Shown: piece by piece, positions 1 through 10,763 of the stretch | Layout: the number at the start of each line of letters is the position of its first letter | How positions within the stretch are numbered: the stretch's first letter is position 1 | Assembly: GCA_965219415.1 (NCBI GenBank) | Contig: CBDCNP010000002.1 | Location: 2,624,001-2,688,000, forward strand | DNA from: Candidatus Marinacidobacterales bacterium | Lineage (GTDB): Bacteria > Acidobacteriota > Vicinamibacteria > Marinacidobacterales > DATDRI01 | Length of the DNA stretch: 64,000 nucleotides | Reading direction: 5' to 3' | Position numbers and translations under genes: made by a program | Notes under the pieces: model-generated | The model's input: only the letters and a program-made list of their open reading frames with translations | Databases searched by the model: none | What the model was told of the DNA's origin: nothing

Positions 1-77
1 GCGCGCTATATGGAGCGTAAGTACCTTTTTTGCAAAGGGATACGTACACATCACCAACAGTAAACAGCGCAAGCACC
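1..77. repeat. Type B1 MITE, partial (cut by window edge)
   Basis: Ends in CACCAACAGTAAACAGCGCAAGCACC; near-identical to the ends of copies 21199-21364 and 37918-38082. Confidence 0.85.
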
Positions 78-129
78 TGGCTACTCGCCGGAGGCCGCCA
101 GTACATTTCCTTCGTCGATCCGAAAGGCA

Positions 130-447
130 TCATTCCTTCGCCGTGGGAGGTCGGCCTGGACTCCGGTTCTTGCTGCCATCGTACTTGGCTGCGATGAGGT
201 AGCGGTACCAACGCAGCAGCGTAGCGGGTGTGGCAACGGAGGCAATCTCGGCCAGCGCCTCGCGGCCCAAAGCCTGAGCCTTGACGGCGAGCCTGCGCCG
301 GTCGTCGTCAGAGAGCCTGAGACGCTTGCCCCGAAGCCCGGCTCGGAGCACACGGTTCTCCTCTCGCAGGTAATCAATCACATCCTGCTGCTGGCGGTTG
401 ACCCAGCCAGCCAGAACGAGCAGTAAGAATTGCACGTGGTACGTCAT
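130..447 (-). pseudogene. 5' fragment of rve/DDE (IS481-like) transposase associated with type A ends
   Basis: [34 protein letters not shown]...[10 protein letters not shown]...[13 protein letters not shown], homologous to the N-terminus of 24868-25935; no catalytic domain. Confidence 0.85.
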
Positions 448-580
448 GATGGGCTCCGAAGATAACACCCTCAGGCCAGACGATTGTGAAGCCCACGGCC
501 CTTAACCCGGTCGCAAAACACAGACTCTAAGCTGTTGATTTATGGGCTATTTCAAAAGGGCCGAGTTTTGGCACAGGACG
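448..580. repeat. Type A element left end
   Basis: CTATTTCAAAAGGGCCGAGTTTTGGCACAGGACG directly upstream of the transposase fragment. Confidence 0.9.
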
Positions 581-583
581 GGG

Positions 584-918
584 TGAAACAATACAAAGTT
601 GATCACGGTGAAGGTCCACGCGAGGCTCTGACGACGGCGGAACGTAGCGAATGAGATTCAAGTTCATTCACGCGGAGCGGGTCAACTACCCGGTGCGGTT
701 GATGTGCCGAGTCCTGAGGGTATCGACCAGCGGCTACTACGCTCAGATGAAGCGCGCGCCCAGCAAGCGACAGTGTGAGGATGGGAAACTGAAGCTGCGC
801 ATCCAAGCGATCCACTCGTCACTCGATTACAACAGCCCAATGGTGTTCGAACGGATTCATGACCTCAAAACTGCTCATGCGAGATAATCAAACTGTCCAC
901 TTTTCCTGGGCAAGGTCA
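584..918 (+). mobile_element. IS3-family remnant with internal deletions
   Basis: OrfB start (MRFKFIHAERVNYPVRLMCRVLRVSTSGYY) fused to C-terminal LDYNSPMVFE; right end TGTCCACTTTTCCTGGGCAAGGTCA. Confidence 0.75.
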
Positions 919-928
919 AGAGTGTTAT

Positions 929-1220
929 TCAGGGCGCGGTGTTGGCGGTCGGTCGAGCTCGATGGTCGACCATGACGCGCTGGTGGATCTCGCGGGCCAG
1001 GAAGCGCTTGAGGCATCGGATGAGGTCGCGCTTGGCGAAGCCCTCAGCGGTCCGTCGAGTGACATAGTCGATGGTCGGCTGGTGGAAGCGCATGCGCACG
1101 ATCACGGCGCTGCGTTGATCGCCGCCCGACCGGTGCCGACAGATCAACGCCAAGGCACTCCGGCCAGTCGTAAGCAAGGGTCAGACACCAGCCGAACGAC
1201 CCCACCATCATGCTCACAAT
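929..1220 (-). mobile_element. IS110-family remnant (C-terminal coding fragment plus probable left non-coding region)
   Basis: HQPTIDYVTRRTAEGFAKRDLIRCLKRFLAREI is a typical IS110 C-terminus. Confidence 0.7.
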
Positions 1221-1383
1221 CGTAGGAGTCGCCACGGCTGCCGACGGACGGCTCAATGCCCGCCTCGGCGAGCCGCTCGGTGTAACGGATCGAACGGATC
1301 CTCAGATTTTAACGTCACCGGACTTCAGCTTGCGCCAAACTGTGCATAAGTGCCGTCCTCGCACGACGACGTGGACGAGCCGG

Positions 1384-1425
1384 CAACAGTAAACGGAGCA
1401 AGCACCACTTGATGGCAGAAGCACC
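1384..1425. repeat. Two tandem type B termini
   Basis: CAACAGTAAACGGAGCAAGCACC followed by ACTTGATGGCAGAAGCACC. Confidence 0.75.
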
Positions 1426-1465
1426 GCTTATCGAGTGTATTTGAGCGAGGCTTCGCGGAGCATAA

Positions 1466-1900
1466 TTGATGCACGAGTCCAGTTTTACTATAAGAACTCC
1501 TCGTGACTTCTTACACGAGATGGTCATCCCGCAACACGAAGATTTTATAGGGGAAAATTCTTCCTCACGACACGCATTGCTCACGATTATCCTCGTCTAC
1601 CACATGTATGAGTGGGTGCACGGCAGGAAATTCTGCGGCAATCATTTCAGATCAACCTATGAAAACGAGAGTGGCATAGCTGAAATGTTCGGACTAGCAA
1701 GGAAAATCGCTAATGGTACAAAACATTTTTTACCGAAAGCCAAAACACAGGTACAGGTTGGCTTCTCATCCGATTTTAGCGATGAATTCGAGCGACCCCT
1801 AAACGTAGAATTTGATGATGGCAGGAAAGAGTCAGTAGACATTTTCTTACGCAAGATGGTGGGATTTTGGGTTCTACAAGAAAAAGTCGGTGCTTTTTGA
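1466..1900 (+). CDS. Hypothetical protein, AT-rich, possibly HEPN-like
   Basis: 144-aa ORF visibly lower in GC than its flanks; RKIANGTKH motif. Confidence 0.6.
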   Translation: MMHESSFTIRTPRDFLHEMVIPQHEDFIGENSSSRHALLTIILVYHMYEWVHGRKFCGNHFRSTYENESGIAEMFGLARKIANGTKHFLPKAKTQVQVGFSSDFSDEFERPLNVEFDDGRKESVDIFLRKMVGFWVLQEKVGAF

Positions 1901-2279
1901 ACCGGAACGAACTCAAGACCTGCATCAGCCTGAGCGTTTCGGATAGACGCGTATACTATTGCGAACGGGCACCGCTGCGACCCGCTACGAAAAATAGTTG
2001 TCCGCCGCCCTGGGAATTCCGGCCCGGAATGTGCAGCGTGCCGAAGATTCGGAACAGTGACCCAGCCGAATCATGCCGAAACCGCCTCACGGCCGGGCTA
2101 AGCGAGACGGCGCATGATCGTTGTCGGCCACCGCGTCGCGTCAGGTTCCTCCATCCCGAACCGGACGTCCCGTTCCCGCCGGGGAGGTTCACATTGTGGA
2201 TAGAGTATCCTGAGCCCAACCTTGCTGCCGCTTTCCAATAGTCATATAAATGGTCAGATATATCGGCGCGGAGAAAAGC

Positions 2280-2547
2280 ATGAACAACACATGGCAGGTC
2301 CATGAGGCGAAGGCCCGGTTCAGCGAGTTTCTCGAAGCGAGCTCCAGGGAAAGGCCACAATTCGTGATCAAGCGTGGCGTGGAGGCGGCGGTGCTTCTGC
2401 CCATCGAGCAGTGGCGGAGGTTGCGGAACACGGCGCAACCCGATCTGAAGGAACTGCTGCTCGCGCCGGAAGCCCGGACCGACACCCTCACGCCGCCTCG
2501 CGCGCGGCATGGCCATCGCCCGGCATCGGCCTTCGAGGAAGGCGGTG
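2280..2547 (+). CDS. Phd/YefM-family antitoxin (stop codon apparently lost; end approximate)
   Basis: MNNTWQVHEAKARFSEFLE...PQFVIKRGVEAAVLLP; frame reads on into vapC. Confidence 0.8.
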
Positions 2548-2953
2548 TACCTTCTCGATACCGACATCGTCTCGGAACTCCGCCGTCCCAGGCCTCACGG
2601 GGGAGTGTTGAACTGGGTCGAGGGGATTCCCGCCGACCGGCTGTTCCTGTCAGCCGTGACGGTCGGAGAAATCCAGGCCGGCATAGAGATCACGCGCGAG
2701 CGGGACACGGCGAAGGCGCAGGAGCTGGAAACCTGGCTCGGCCGGGTTGTCCGCCGGTTACGGCGTTCTGCCGATGGATGCGGCCGCCTTTCGGGAGTGG
2801 GCGCGTCTCAAGCATGGCAAGTCGGACACTCTGATCGAGGACGCCATGATCGCGGCGACGGCGAGGGTGCACCGATTGACGGTGGCGACGAGAAACGTTC
2901 GCGACTTCCGGGAATTCGATGTGGAATTGTTCGATCCTTTCGAGCATGAATGA
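2545..2953 (+). pseudogene. vapC: PIN-domain VapC toxin, frameshifted near 2750
   Basis: YLLDTDIVSELRR in one frame; DAMIAATARVHRLTVATRNVRDF in another. Confidence 0.85.
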
Positions 2954-3169
2954 GAGGGACCGAACTGGAGAGAGCATGACGAAGGCTCCACCGATCCCTT
3001 TGCGAACCAGATATCGGCCGCAATCGCGGGTTCCGCCGCGCTTGTGGTTCTTCCCGACACGGTGTCGTGGTCCACAGCCGTCCGCCGCATGCAACCTTGT
3101 CGAGGCGATGAACGGGATTGGCCCGCCCGCGCCGGGCGGCCGCACCGTTCAACCGGCGGGACTTCCGCA

Positions 3170-5542
3170 TTGCTGACTGAAGCCGACACCTGCCGGAAGT
3201 TTGTCGTCCCCAGACTCCAGGCGGCGGGCTGGGACACGCCTCCGTACGCCGTCAACGAGCAAAGGACCTTCACGGATGGACGGATCGTTTTCGTCGGCCA
3301 AAAGGCCCGGCGCGGGCGGCAGAAGCGGGCGGACTACCTGCTGCGGTATCGGCCGGATTTTCCGATCGCCGTCGTCGAAGCGAAAGCGAAGTACAAGCAG
3401 GCCGGCGAGGGCCTCCAGCAAGCCAAGGAATACGCGGAGATACTGGGGCTGAAGTTTGCCTACGCGACCAACGGCGCCGAGATCATCGAGGTCGACTATA
3501 CAACCGGAATCGAACGCGTGGTCGCAGGCTTTCCCGCACCCGACGATCTCTGGCGGCGCTTGCGGGCCGCCGAGGGGATCGCGAACGACGAGATCGCCGA
3601 GAAGCTCCTCGCGCCCACCCGGCCCGACAGAAGCAAACCGCTTCGCTACTATCAGGAGATCACGGTCAATCGCGCGGTGCAGGCCGTTCTTCAAGGGCGC
3701 GCGCGGATCCTGCTCACACTCTGCACCGGCGCCGGCAAGACCGCCGTGGCTTTTCAGATTTGCTGGAAGCTCTGGTCCGCCCGTTGGAACGGCAAGGGCG
3801 TCAACCGAAGGCCGAGAATCCTGTTCCTGGCCGACCGGAATGTCCTGGTGGACGATCCGATGGCCAAGGACTTCAGCCCGTTCGGCGACGCGCGGCAGAA
3901 GATATCCGGAGGCCCCGCGGTCAAGAGCCGGGAGATGTACTTCGCCATCTATCAGGCCATTGCCCGCGACGAGAACCGTCCCGGCCTGTACCGCGAGTAT
4001 TCCAGGGATTTCGTCGATCTCATCGTCGTGGACGAATGCCACCGAGGCAGCGCCCGCGACGACAGCAACTGGCGGGAAATCCTGGAATGGTTCGAGCCAG
4101 CATGTCAGATCGGCATGACGGCGACGCCGAGGCGGCAGGACAACGCCGATACCTACGATTACTTCGGTGATCCGATCTATCAGTACAGCCTGGCCCAGGG
4201 GATCGCGGACGGATTTCTCGCACCGTATCGCGTCCACCGCGTGATCACCGACTATGACGCCGCCGGCTGGCGGCCGGACAAGGGCGAGTTGGACCGGTAC
4301 GGCCGGGAAGTTCCGGATACGGAGTACCACACCCGGGATTTCGAGCGCGTGGTCGCGTTGAAGGCCCGGACCCACGCAATCGCGCGCCACCTGACAAGTT
4401 TCCTGAAGGAAACGGACCAGTTCGCGAAGACGATCATCTTCTGCGTGGATCAGGAGCACGCCCTGGAGATGCGTCATGCCCTCGCGGCGCTGAATCTGGG
4501 CGTGATGAAGGATCATCCCGATTATGTCTGCCGGGTGACGGCGGACGAGGGCGACATCGGGAGCACCCATCGCGCCAAGTTTCAGGACGTGGAGACCAGG
4601 ACTCCCGCGATCCTGACGACGTCGCAACTCCTGACTACGGGCGTCGACGCCCCCACCTGCAGGAACGTCGTGCTGGCCCGGGTCGTGGGCTCCATGCCGG
4701 AATTCAAGCAGATCATCGGCCGCGGCACACGCCTGCGCCCCGATTACGGCAAGCTGGCCTTCAACATCGTCGACTACACCGGCACCGCGACCGAGAAATT
4801 CGCCGATCCCGATTTCGACGGGGAACCGGTCGGCGAGCGGAAAGACGTGATCGACGCCGAGGGCGAAATCGTCGAAGAGACAGAAGAACATGATACCGCC
4901 CCCGAACAGCTGGATATGCCGGACATTGCGGTCGGGCACGCCGATGTGCCGGACGGGCGGGACACCCTGCCGCGCAAGTACTATGTGGACGGTGGCGAGG
5001 TCGAGGTCGTTCGGCATCTGGTCTACGAGCTGGATACCGACGGCAAGAAGCTCACCTGCCGACAACTTACCGACTATGCCAGGGATAGGGTCCGTACGCT
5101 CTACCCGAACGCTTCCGAACTCCGCCGCGACTGGCTCGATCCGGAGCGCCGCGCGGAGATCATCGAGCGGCTGAAGGAAAACGGTATCGATCCGGACACG
5201 CTCGGAGAAACGGTGGGCAAGCCCGAGGCCGATCCGTTCGACCTGTTGTGCCATCTCGCCTACAACGCTCCTCTCAGGACTCGCCGGGAGCGGGCCGAAC
5301 ATCTGCGGCGGGAAGAAAGCGATTTCTTCAAGCGGTTCGAATCCGAAGCCCGGCAAGTGCTCGATGCGCTTGTCGAGAAATACGCCGAGCATGGAAGCAC
5401 CCAGTTCAAGCTGCCCGACGTGCTTGAAGTGCCGCCATTGAACGAGTGGGGCAACGTGATCGAGATCGCAGCCCGCTTCGGCGGCAGTCGGCAACTCCGT
5501 GGCGCCGTCGGGGAGCTTCAGCGTCTGCTTTACGGAGCTTGA
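3170..5542 (+). CDS. hsdR: Type I restriction enzyme R subunit (EcoEI/EcoAI-like)
   Basis: TEADTC N-terminus, ADYLL..VVEAK nuclease motif, TGAGKT Walker A, DECHR, MTATP, QIIGRGTR. Confidence 0.95.
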   Translation: MLTEADTCRKFVVPRLQAAGWDTPPYAVNEQRTFTDGRIVFVGQKARRGRQKRADYLLRYRPDFPIAVVEAKAKYKQAGEGLQQAKEYAEILGLKFAYATNGAEIIEVDYTTGIERVVAGFPAPDDLWRRLRAAEGIANDEIAEKLLAPTRPDRSKPLRYYQEITVNRAVQAVLQGRARILLTLCTGAGKTAVAFQICWKLWSARWNGKGVNRRPRILFLADRNVLVDDPMAKDFSPFGDARQKISGGPAVKSREMYFAIYQAIARDENRPGLYREYSRDFVDLIVVDECHRGSARDDSNWREILEWFEPACQIGMTATPRRQDNADTYDYFGDPIYQYSLAQGIADGFLAPYRVHRVITDYDAAGWRPDKGELDRYGREVPDTEYHTRDFERVVALKARTHAIARHLTSFLKETDQFAKTIIFCVDQEHALEMRHALAALNLGVMKDHPDYVCRVTADEGDIGSTHRAKFQDVETRTPAILTTSQLLTTGVDAPTCRNVVLARVVGSMPEFKQIIGRGTRLRPDYGKLAFNIVDYTGTATEKFADPDFDGEPVGERKDVIDAEGEIVEETEEHDTAPEQLDMPDIAVGHADVPDGRDTLPRKYYVDGGEVEVVRHLVYELDTDGKKLTCRQLTDYARDRVRTLYPNASELRRDWLDPERRAEIIERLKENGIDPDTLGETVGKPEADPFDLLCHLAYNAPLRTRRERAEHLRREESDFFKRFESEARQVLDALVEKYAEHGSTQFKLPDVLEVPPLNEWGNVIEIAARFGGSRQLRGAVGELQRLLYGA

Positions 5543-5549
5543 ACCGGAA

Positions 5550-7118
5550 ATGGCGACCACCGCCCGCAAGAGGAAGGCCGCGACCGGGCCGTCCACCACC
5601 GCCCAGCGGCTTGACAACGTCGTCAAATCCGCGCGCAAGGTCATGCGCAAGGACAAGGGCCTCAACGGCGACCTCGACCGGCTGCCGATGCTGACCTGGA
5701 TCATGTTTCTCAAGTTCCTTGACGACATGGAGCGGATCGAGGAAGAGCGCGCCGCGCTCGCGGGACACGAGTTTCGGCCGGTCATCGAACCGCCCTACCG
5801 CTGGCGCGACTGGGCGGCCTCCGCCGACGGCATCACCGGGACCGATCTCCTGACGTTCCTGACTGCCGAAGAGGCCGTTCTACCCGACGGCTCGACAGGC
5901 CCCGGACTGTTTCCCCATCTGCAGAGCCTGAGCGGCGACAACGGCCGTCGCGAACGCCGCGATGTCGTCGCCACGGTTTTTCAGGGCTTCGCCAACCGCA
6001 TGGAGAGCGGTTATCTCCTGCGCGACGTCATCGTGCTTATCGACCGCATCCACTTCGACTCTTCCGAGGAGATACATATCCTCGGCCGCCTTTACGAGAT
6101 GCTGCTTCGGGAGATGCGGGACGCTGCCGGCGATTCCGGCGAGTTCTATACGCCCCGCCCGGTGGTGCGATTGATGGTCGAGGTCACGGCGCCACGTCTT
6201 GGCGAGACGGTCCTCGATCCGGCCTGCGGCACCGGCGGCTTCCTCGTGGAAGCATTCGAGCATCTGGAAAAGCAAGCCAACACCGTCGAAAAGCGGGAAG
6301 TTCTTCAACGCCGGAGCCTCCAAGGCGGCGAAGCCAAATCCCTTCCGTTCCTGCTCGCCCAGATGAACCTGCTCCTGCACGGGCTCGAAGCGCCGCACAT
6401 CGATCCGGGGAATTCTCTGCGTTTCCGGCTTGGCGAAATAGGGGAGGATCAGCGCGTCAACGTCATCCTCACCAATCCGCCGTTCGGCGGCGAGGAAGAG
6501 GCCGGCATACTGAACAACTTCCCGGAAGACCGCCGCACGGCGGAGACGGCGCTTCTGTTCCTGCAACTCATCATGCGCCGGCTGAAACGTGGCGGAAGGG
6601 GACGAGCCGCCGTCGTCGTGCCGAACGGCACGCTGTTCGGCGACGGCATCTCGGCCCGCGTCAAGGCCGATCTGCTCGCGCGCTTCAATCTGCACACCAT
6701 CGTGCGGCTACCGGAAGGCGTGTTCGCCCCTTACACCGACATCCCGGCCAACCTCATCTTCTTCAACACCGGCGGGCCGACCCGAAACATCTGGTTCTAC
6801 GAGCAGCCCCGCCCCGAGGGCCGCAAGAAATACACCAAGACCAAGCCCCTTGTACACGAGGAGTTCGCGGACTGCCTCGCCTGGTGGAAGAACCGGGAGG
6901 AGAACGAACGTGCCTGGAAGGTGGATGCGGAGGACATCATCAAGTGCGACGAACAGGGTCGCGTGATCGCCTGCAATTTGGATACCAAGAACCCGTATTC
7001 GGGCGAAGCCATGGAGCATCGCGAGCCCGCCGAGATCGTGGATAGCATTATAGAGAAGGAGCGTCGCATCCTCGCCATAATGGGAGAGATCAAAGACACG
7101 CTGGCAGAGGAAGTGTGA
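5550..7118 (+). CDS. hsdM: Type I R-M methyltransferase M subunit
   Basis: GEFYTPRPVV, DPACGTGGF, NPPF motifs. Confidence 0.95.
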   Translation: MATTARKRKAATGPSTTAQRLDNVVKSARKVMRKDKGLNGDLDRLPMLTWIMFLKFLDDMERIEEERAALAGHEFRPVIEPPYRWRDWAASADGITGTDLLTFLTAEEAVLPDGSTGPGLFPHLQSLSGDNGRRERRDVVATVFQGFANRMESGYLLRDVIVLIDRIHFDSSEEIHILGRLYEMLLREMRDAAGDSGEFYTPRPVVRLMVEVTAPRLGETVLDPACGTGGFLVEAFEHLEKQANTVEKREVLQRRSLQGGEAKSLPFLLAQMNLLLHGLEAPHIDPGNSLRFRLGEIGEDQRVNVILTNPPFGGEEEAGILNNFPEDRRTAETALLFLQLIMRRLKRGGRGRAAVVVPNGTLFGDGISARVKADLLARFNLHTIVRLPEGVFAPYTDIPANLIFFNTGGPTRNIWFYEQPRPEGRKKYTKTKPLVHEEFADCLAWWKNREENERAWKVDAEDIIKCDEQGRVIACNLDTKNPYSGEAMEHREPAEIVDSIIEKERRILAIMGEIKDTLAEEV

Positions 7119-8272
7119 TGGCGACAGTGTACCGCCCGCTTTCCGAGTTTCTACAGAAATCCGAGGACTGGACGCAACCCGAACCGGATAAGACTTACAA
7201 GCAGATCACGGCGCGCCTTTGGGGCAAGGGGCTTTCACTGAGAGCCAAGACTGCCGGTATCAACATAGTCGCCAACCGCCAACTTCGTGCATCGACCGGA
7301 CAATTTTTGATTTCTCGCATTGATGCGCGGCATGGAGCCTTCGGTATCGTGCCGGAGGACTTGGACGGCGCCTTGGTGAGCAATGATTTTCCTTGCTTCG
7401 ATATCAATGAGAACGTGATCTTTCCTCGTTACCTTGAATGGTACGCTCACACCCGAGAGTTCATCGAACTTTGCCGTCGGGCAAGCGAGGGATCGACAAA
7501 CCGGGTTCGTCTGAAAGAAGCCATGTTTCTGGCAACGAAAATTCCTGTTCCACCTCCATTTGAGCAAAGGCGGATCGTGGCAAAGCTTGACAAGGTCGCG
7601 GCCCTGGTCAGCGAGCGGCGACGAAATGTCGAAGCGGCTCAGCGCGAATCGCAAGCCCTATTGCTCAAAGCGTTCGAGAACGTGATTACCGGTGCGCCAT
7701 ACCGCCCCATGGCCGAGATCGCCCCGCTCATCCGCCGCCCGGTCGATGTACAGCCGGACCGAATCTATCCCGAACTCGGGGTCCGGTCATTCGGACGAGG
7801 CACGTTTCACAAAGCCGCAATAGCGGGTGTGGAAGTCGGTTCGAAGAAGCTCTTTCGGATTCAGAACGGGGATCTACTTTTCAATATCGTCTTCGCATGG
7901 GAAGGGGCGGTCGCGGTCGCACGGGAGCAGGACAACGGCCGTGTGGGTTCACATCGCTTTCTCACATGTGTTCCTAATCCAGACATGACCAATAGCAATT
8001 TCCTGCGCTTCTACTTTCTGACAGCAGAGGGACTTCAGAAACTTGGGGAGGCTTCACCAGGCGGTGCTGGGCGAAACCGAACTCTCGGTTTGAAAAAACT
8101 GGCTGCCGTCGAGGTTCCGATTCCAGCCGTTGATAGGCAGCGCCGATTCAATCGATTGCAGCGTCAAATCCACGAGATTGAGGCGATGCACAAATGCACG
8201 GTTCGGGACGTGGACTCGCTGATTCCCATCCTCTTGCATCGCGAGTTCAGTGCTGAAGCGTCCTCCGCATGA
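7115..8272 (+). CDS. hsdS: Type I R-M specificity subunit
   Basis: Two TRD repeats with IPVPPPFEQRRIV and VPIPAVDRQRRF; overlaps hsdM stop. Confidence 0.9.
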   Translation: MMATVYRPLSEFLQKSEDWTQPEPDKTYKQITARLWGKGLSLRAKTAGINIVANRQLRASTGQFLISRIDARHGAFGIVPEDLDGALVSNDFPCFDINENVIFPRYLEWYAHTREFIELCRRASEGSTNRVRLKEAMFLATKIPVPPPFEQRRIVAKLDKVAALVSERRRNVEAAQRESQALLLKAFENVITGAPYRPMAEIAPLIRRPVDVQPDRIYPELGVRSFGRGTFHKAAIAGVEVGSKKLFRIQNGDLLFNIVFAWEGAVAVAREQDNGRVGSHRFLTCVPNPDMTNSNFLRFYFLTAEGLQKLGEASPGGAGRNRTLGLKKLAAVEVPIPAVDRQRRFNRLQRQIHEIEAMHKCTVRDVDSLIPILLHREFSAEASSA

Positions 8273-8494
8273 CCGCTCCTAATGTAATGTACGTGCCCTT
8301 CCCACATCCAAGTAAAGAGTCACAGCTCTCGATAGATAATATCGCGCGAAACATACAAGGTGGGAATCGCACGAGTGCGGATCGTTTGTGCGACCGGCGC
8401 GACCGAGCGGGAAGGCGACGCGTGACGACCCGGAACTGGCACGAAATCTGGATGGAGCAGTGCGAGACCGCCGAGACCATCAAGCTGCGGTACG

Positions 8495-8514
8495 GGTGCT
8501 TCCGCCATCAAGTG
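8495..8514. repeat. Type B terminus truncated by the following IS110 element
   Basis: GGTGCTTCCGCCATCAAGTG. Confidence 0.8.
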
Positions 8515-8819
8515 ATGGAATGGACTCCTCCACTGACATAGACGGCATCGATGTGCCAAAGTCAGTCGAATACGCATCGAAAAGGAGGAGTCCGAATGAA
8601 AGATACGACGATCGCTGTGGATCTTGCAAAGAACGTCTTCGAGATTGCCATTTCGGGAGAAGCGGGGAAGGTGTCCAAGCGACTCCGTGTGAGTCGACCC
8701 AAATTGGTGTCGTTCTTTGCCAAACAGAGCGCTGCCACCGTGCTTCTCGAAGCCTGCGGCTCGGCTCACTTCTGGGCAAGGACGTTCCGAAGGTTGGGAC
8801 ACGACGTCGTCCTGCTCCC
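8515..8819 (+). mobile_element. IS110/IS1111-type 5' fragment
   Basis: AATGGACTCCTCC end, RBS AGGAGGAG, MKDTTIAVDLAKNVF...LEACGSAHFWAR (DEDD N-terminus); cut by an A end at 8820. Confidence 0.85.
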
Positions 8820-9136
8820 CGTCCTGTGCCAAAACTCGGCCCTTTTGAAAAACCATGTCTGTAATTTAATGCACCGTAAAGTCTTAGTGTCATTTTACCA
8901 ACACTTAATGGCGGAAGCACCCATGAGGTCTGTGTGAGCGGCAGGGCTGCCCGATCGAACAACGGCTGCCTGACCAACAGTAGGAATTGCACATGGTACG
9001 TCATGATGGATCCGAAGATAACACCCTCGGGCCAGACGATTGTAAAGCCCACGGCCCTTGGCACCATCGCAAAACACAGACGCTAAGCTGCTGATTTATC
9101 AGCTATTTCAAGAGGGCCGAGTTTTGGCACAGGACG
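8820..9136. mobile_element. Composite mini-element: two inverted A left ends enclosing a B end and a transposase start fragment
   Basis: CGTCCTGTGCC at 8820, GGCACAGGACG ending 9136, B end 8858-8921. Confidence 0.85.
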
Positions 9137-9139
9137 GGG

Positions 9140-10136
9140 AACTCGCGAGCTCCGGGTGCCACGAGCCCGCGTGCGAGACGAGGAAACGGGAGAAACGACA
9201 GAGTTCAGGAGCGAGCTGTTGCCCCGGTACGCGCGCCGGACTCGTGAGGTCGACGAGGCGCTCTTGGGGACGTACTTGTCGGGCGCGAATAGCCGCCGGG
9301 TCCGCAAAGCGCTGAAACCACTGCTCGGTGAGGAGCACCTATCGAAGAGCGCGGTGTCTCGCGTGGTTAGCCGTCTGAAGGAGCGCTTAGAGGAATGTCA
9401 GAACCGTGCTCTCAGCGAGGAGGTCTACGCGATCGTTTACCTGGACGGCTTCCACCTGAAAGTGCGGATGGCGAAACGTGTGATCAGCGTACCCGTACTG
9501 GCCGCGCTCGGGGTCGCGCCAGACGGGCACAAACGTCTGTTGTCATTGCGTCTGGCGGTGAGCGAAGCCTCGACGCATTGGGGCTCCGTGCTGGAGGGAC
9601 TCCAGGCTCGAGGACTCCGGGCTCCCAAGCTAGTGATCAGCGACGGCCACAAGGGGCTGACGAAAGCGCTGGAGAAGTGGCCGGGGTGCCGGTTGCAGCG
9701 ATGTACCGAGCACAAGCGCGCCAACTTGCTCCAACATTGCCCGGCGCACGCACGCCGTGAGCTCCGGCGTGACTACAACCGGATCGTCTACGCCAAGAAC
9801 GGGTTCGATGCTCGCAAAGCCTATGACGAGCTCGTCGCCAAGTGGACGCCTCTCGCGCCGGCCGTCGTCCGAAGCCTAGAGGAGGCCGGTAATCAGCTGC
9901 TGACCTTCTACGAATTCCCTCGTGCCATGTGGAAATCGATTCGAACGACCAAAGCTCTGGAGAATCTCAACCGCGAGTTTCGACGCCGGACGAAAACCCA
10001 AGCGTCGTTCTCCAGCGAGGAGTCTGCGGTCGCTTTGCTGTTTGGGCTTATCGCCTCTGGCCAGATTCAACTACGACGCATCGACGGCTACCAATGTCTG
10101 AGCGAGGTTCTCGAACACGCGGAGGTTGCCGCCTGA
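9140..10136 (+). pseudogene. IS256-family transposase, 5' truncated
   Basis: VPRAR, YLDG, VISDGHKGL, QRCTEHK, RTTKALENLNREFRRRTK; begins right after an A end. Confidence 0.9.
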
Positions 10137-10265
10137 TATGATACTCTGATGACGGAGTGGAGGGCGCCGTTCTTTTTCCACGGACCTCGGGACACATCCC
10201 ATGGGTGCGCCAGGGAACAATGGCCCCACCCTCTAGTCTGGGCAAATCAAAAAGGAAGGAAATCG

Positions 10266-10715
10266 ATGAATAGAATCATAGCAGTTGTAGCGATTATCGC
10301 ACTCTCACTGAGTACGGTCGGTGCCGCATTTGAACAAACCACCGCAACCTTCAAGAAGTCACGAGTGTTAGATCCAGAAGGAAAGGAGAGAAAGGCAGAA
10401 CTCGTTTTCAAAGACAACATGTTGACGATTCACCGGAAAGGTCACAGCGACGAAGTCTATTCATCCATTCCGTACAAGGGTATTACGTCGCTGCTGTACG
10501 AACGCGCTAAAAGTGCTCGCCTGAAATCAGCTCTCTTCCTTTCACCACTCGTGCTGTTCTCGAAGGGGAAAAAGCACTGGTTGACCATTCAATGGACCGA
10601 AGGCGACAAACGTGATGCGGCGATCCTAAAGCTCGACAAGAAGGAGTATCGAGCCATCCTGGGACAAATATCTGCACGTGCTGATGTCGAGCTCGTAAGG
10701 GAGGAATCAAAATAA
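10266..10715 (+). CDS. Hypothetical secreted protein
   Basis: RBS AGGAAGGA, signal-peptide-like MNRIIAVVAIIALSLSTVGA. Confidence 0.7.
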   Translation: MNRIIAVVAIIALSLSTVGAAFEQTTATFKKSRVLDPEGKERKAELVFKDNMLTIHRKGHSDEVYSSIPYKGITSLLYERAKSARLKSALFLSPLVLFSKGKKHWLTIQWTEGDKRDAAILKLDKKEYRAILGQISARADVELVREESK

Positions 10716-10763
10716 CGAACGGAGTGGGAGGTCGCGCCTGTGCCTTCTATTTATTCATCCGCG

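Noticed and set aside
3149-5785. 878-aa minus-strand ORF and similar long antisense ORFs (5880-6695, 33722-35122, 43156-44340)
   Set aside because: Shadow frames of GC-rich genes with clear motifs on the other strand.
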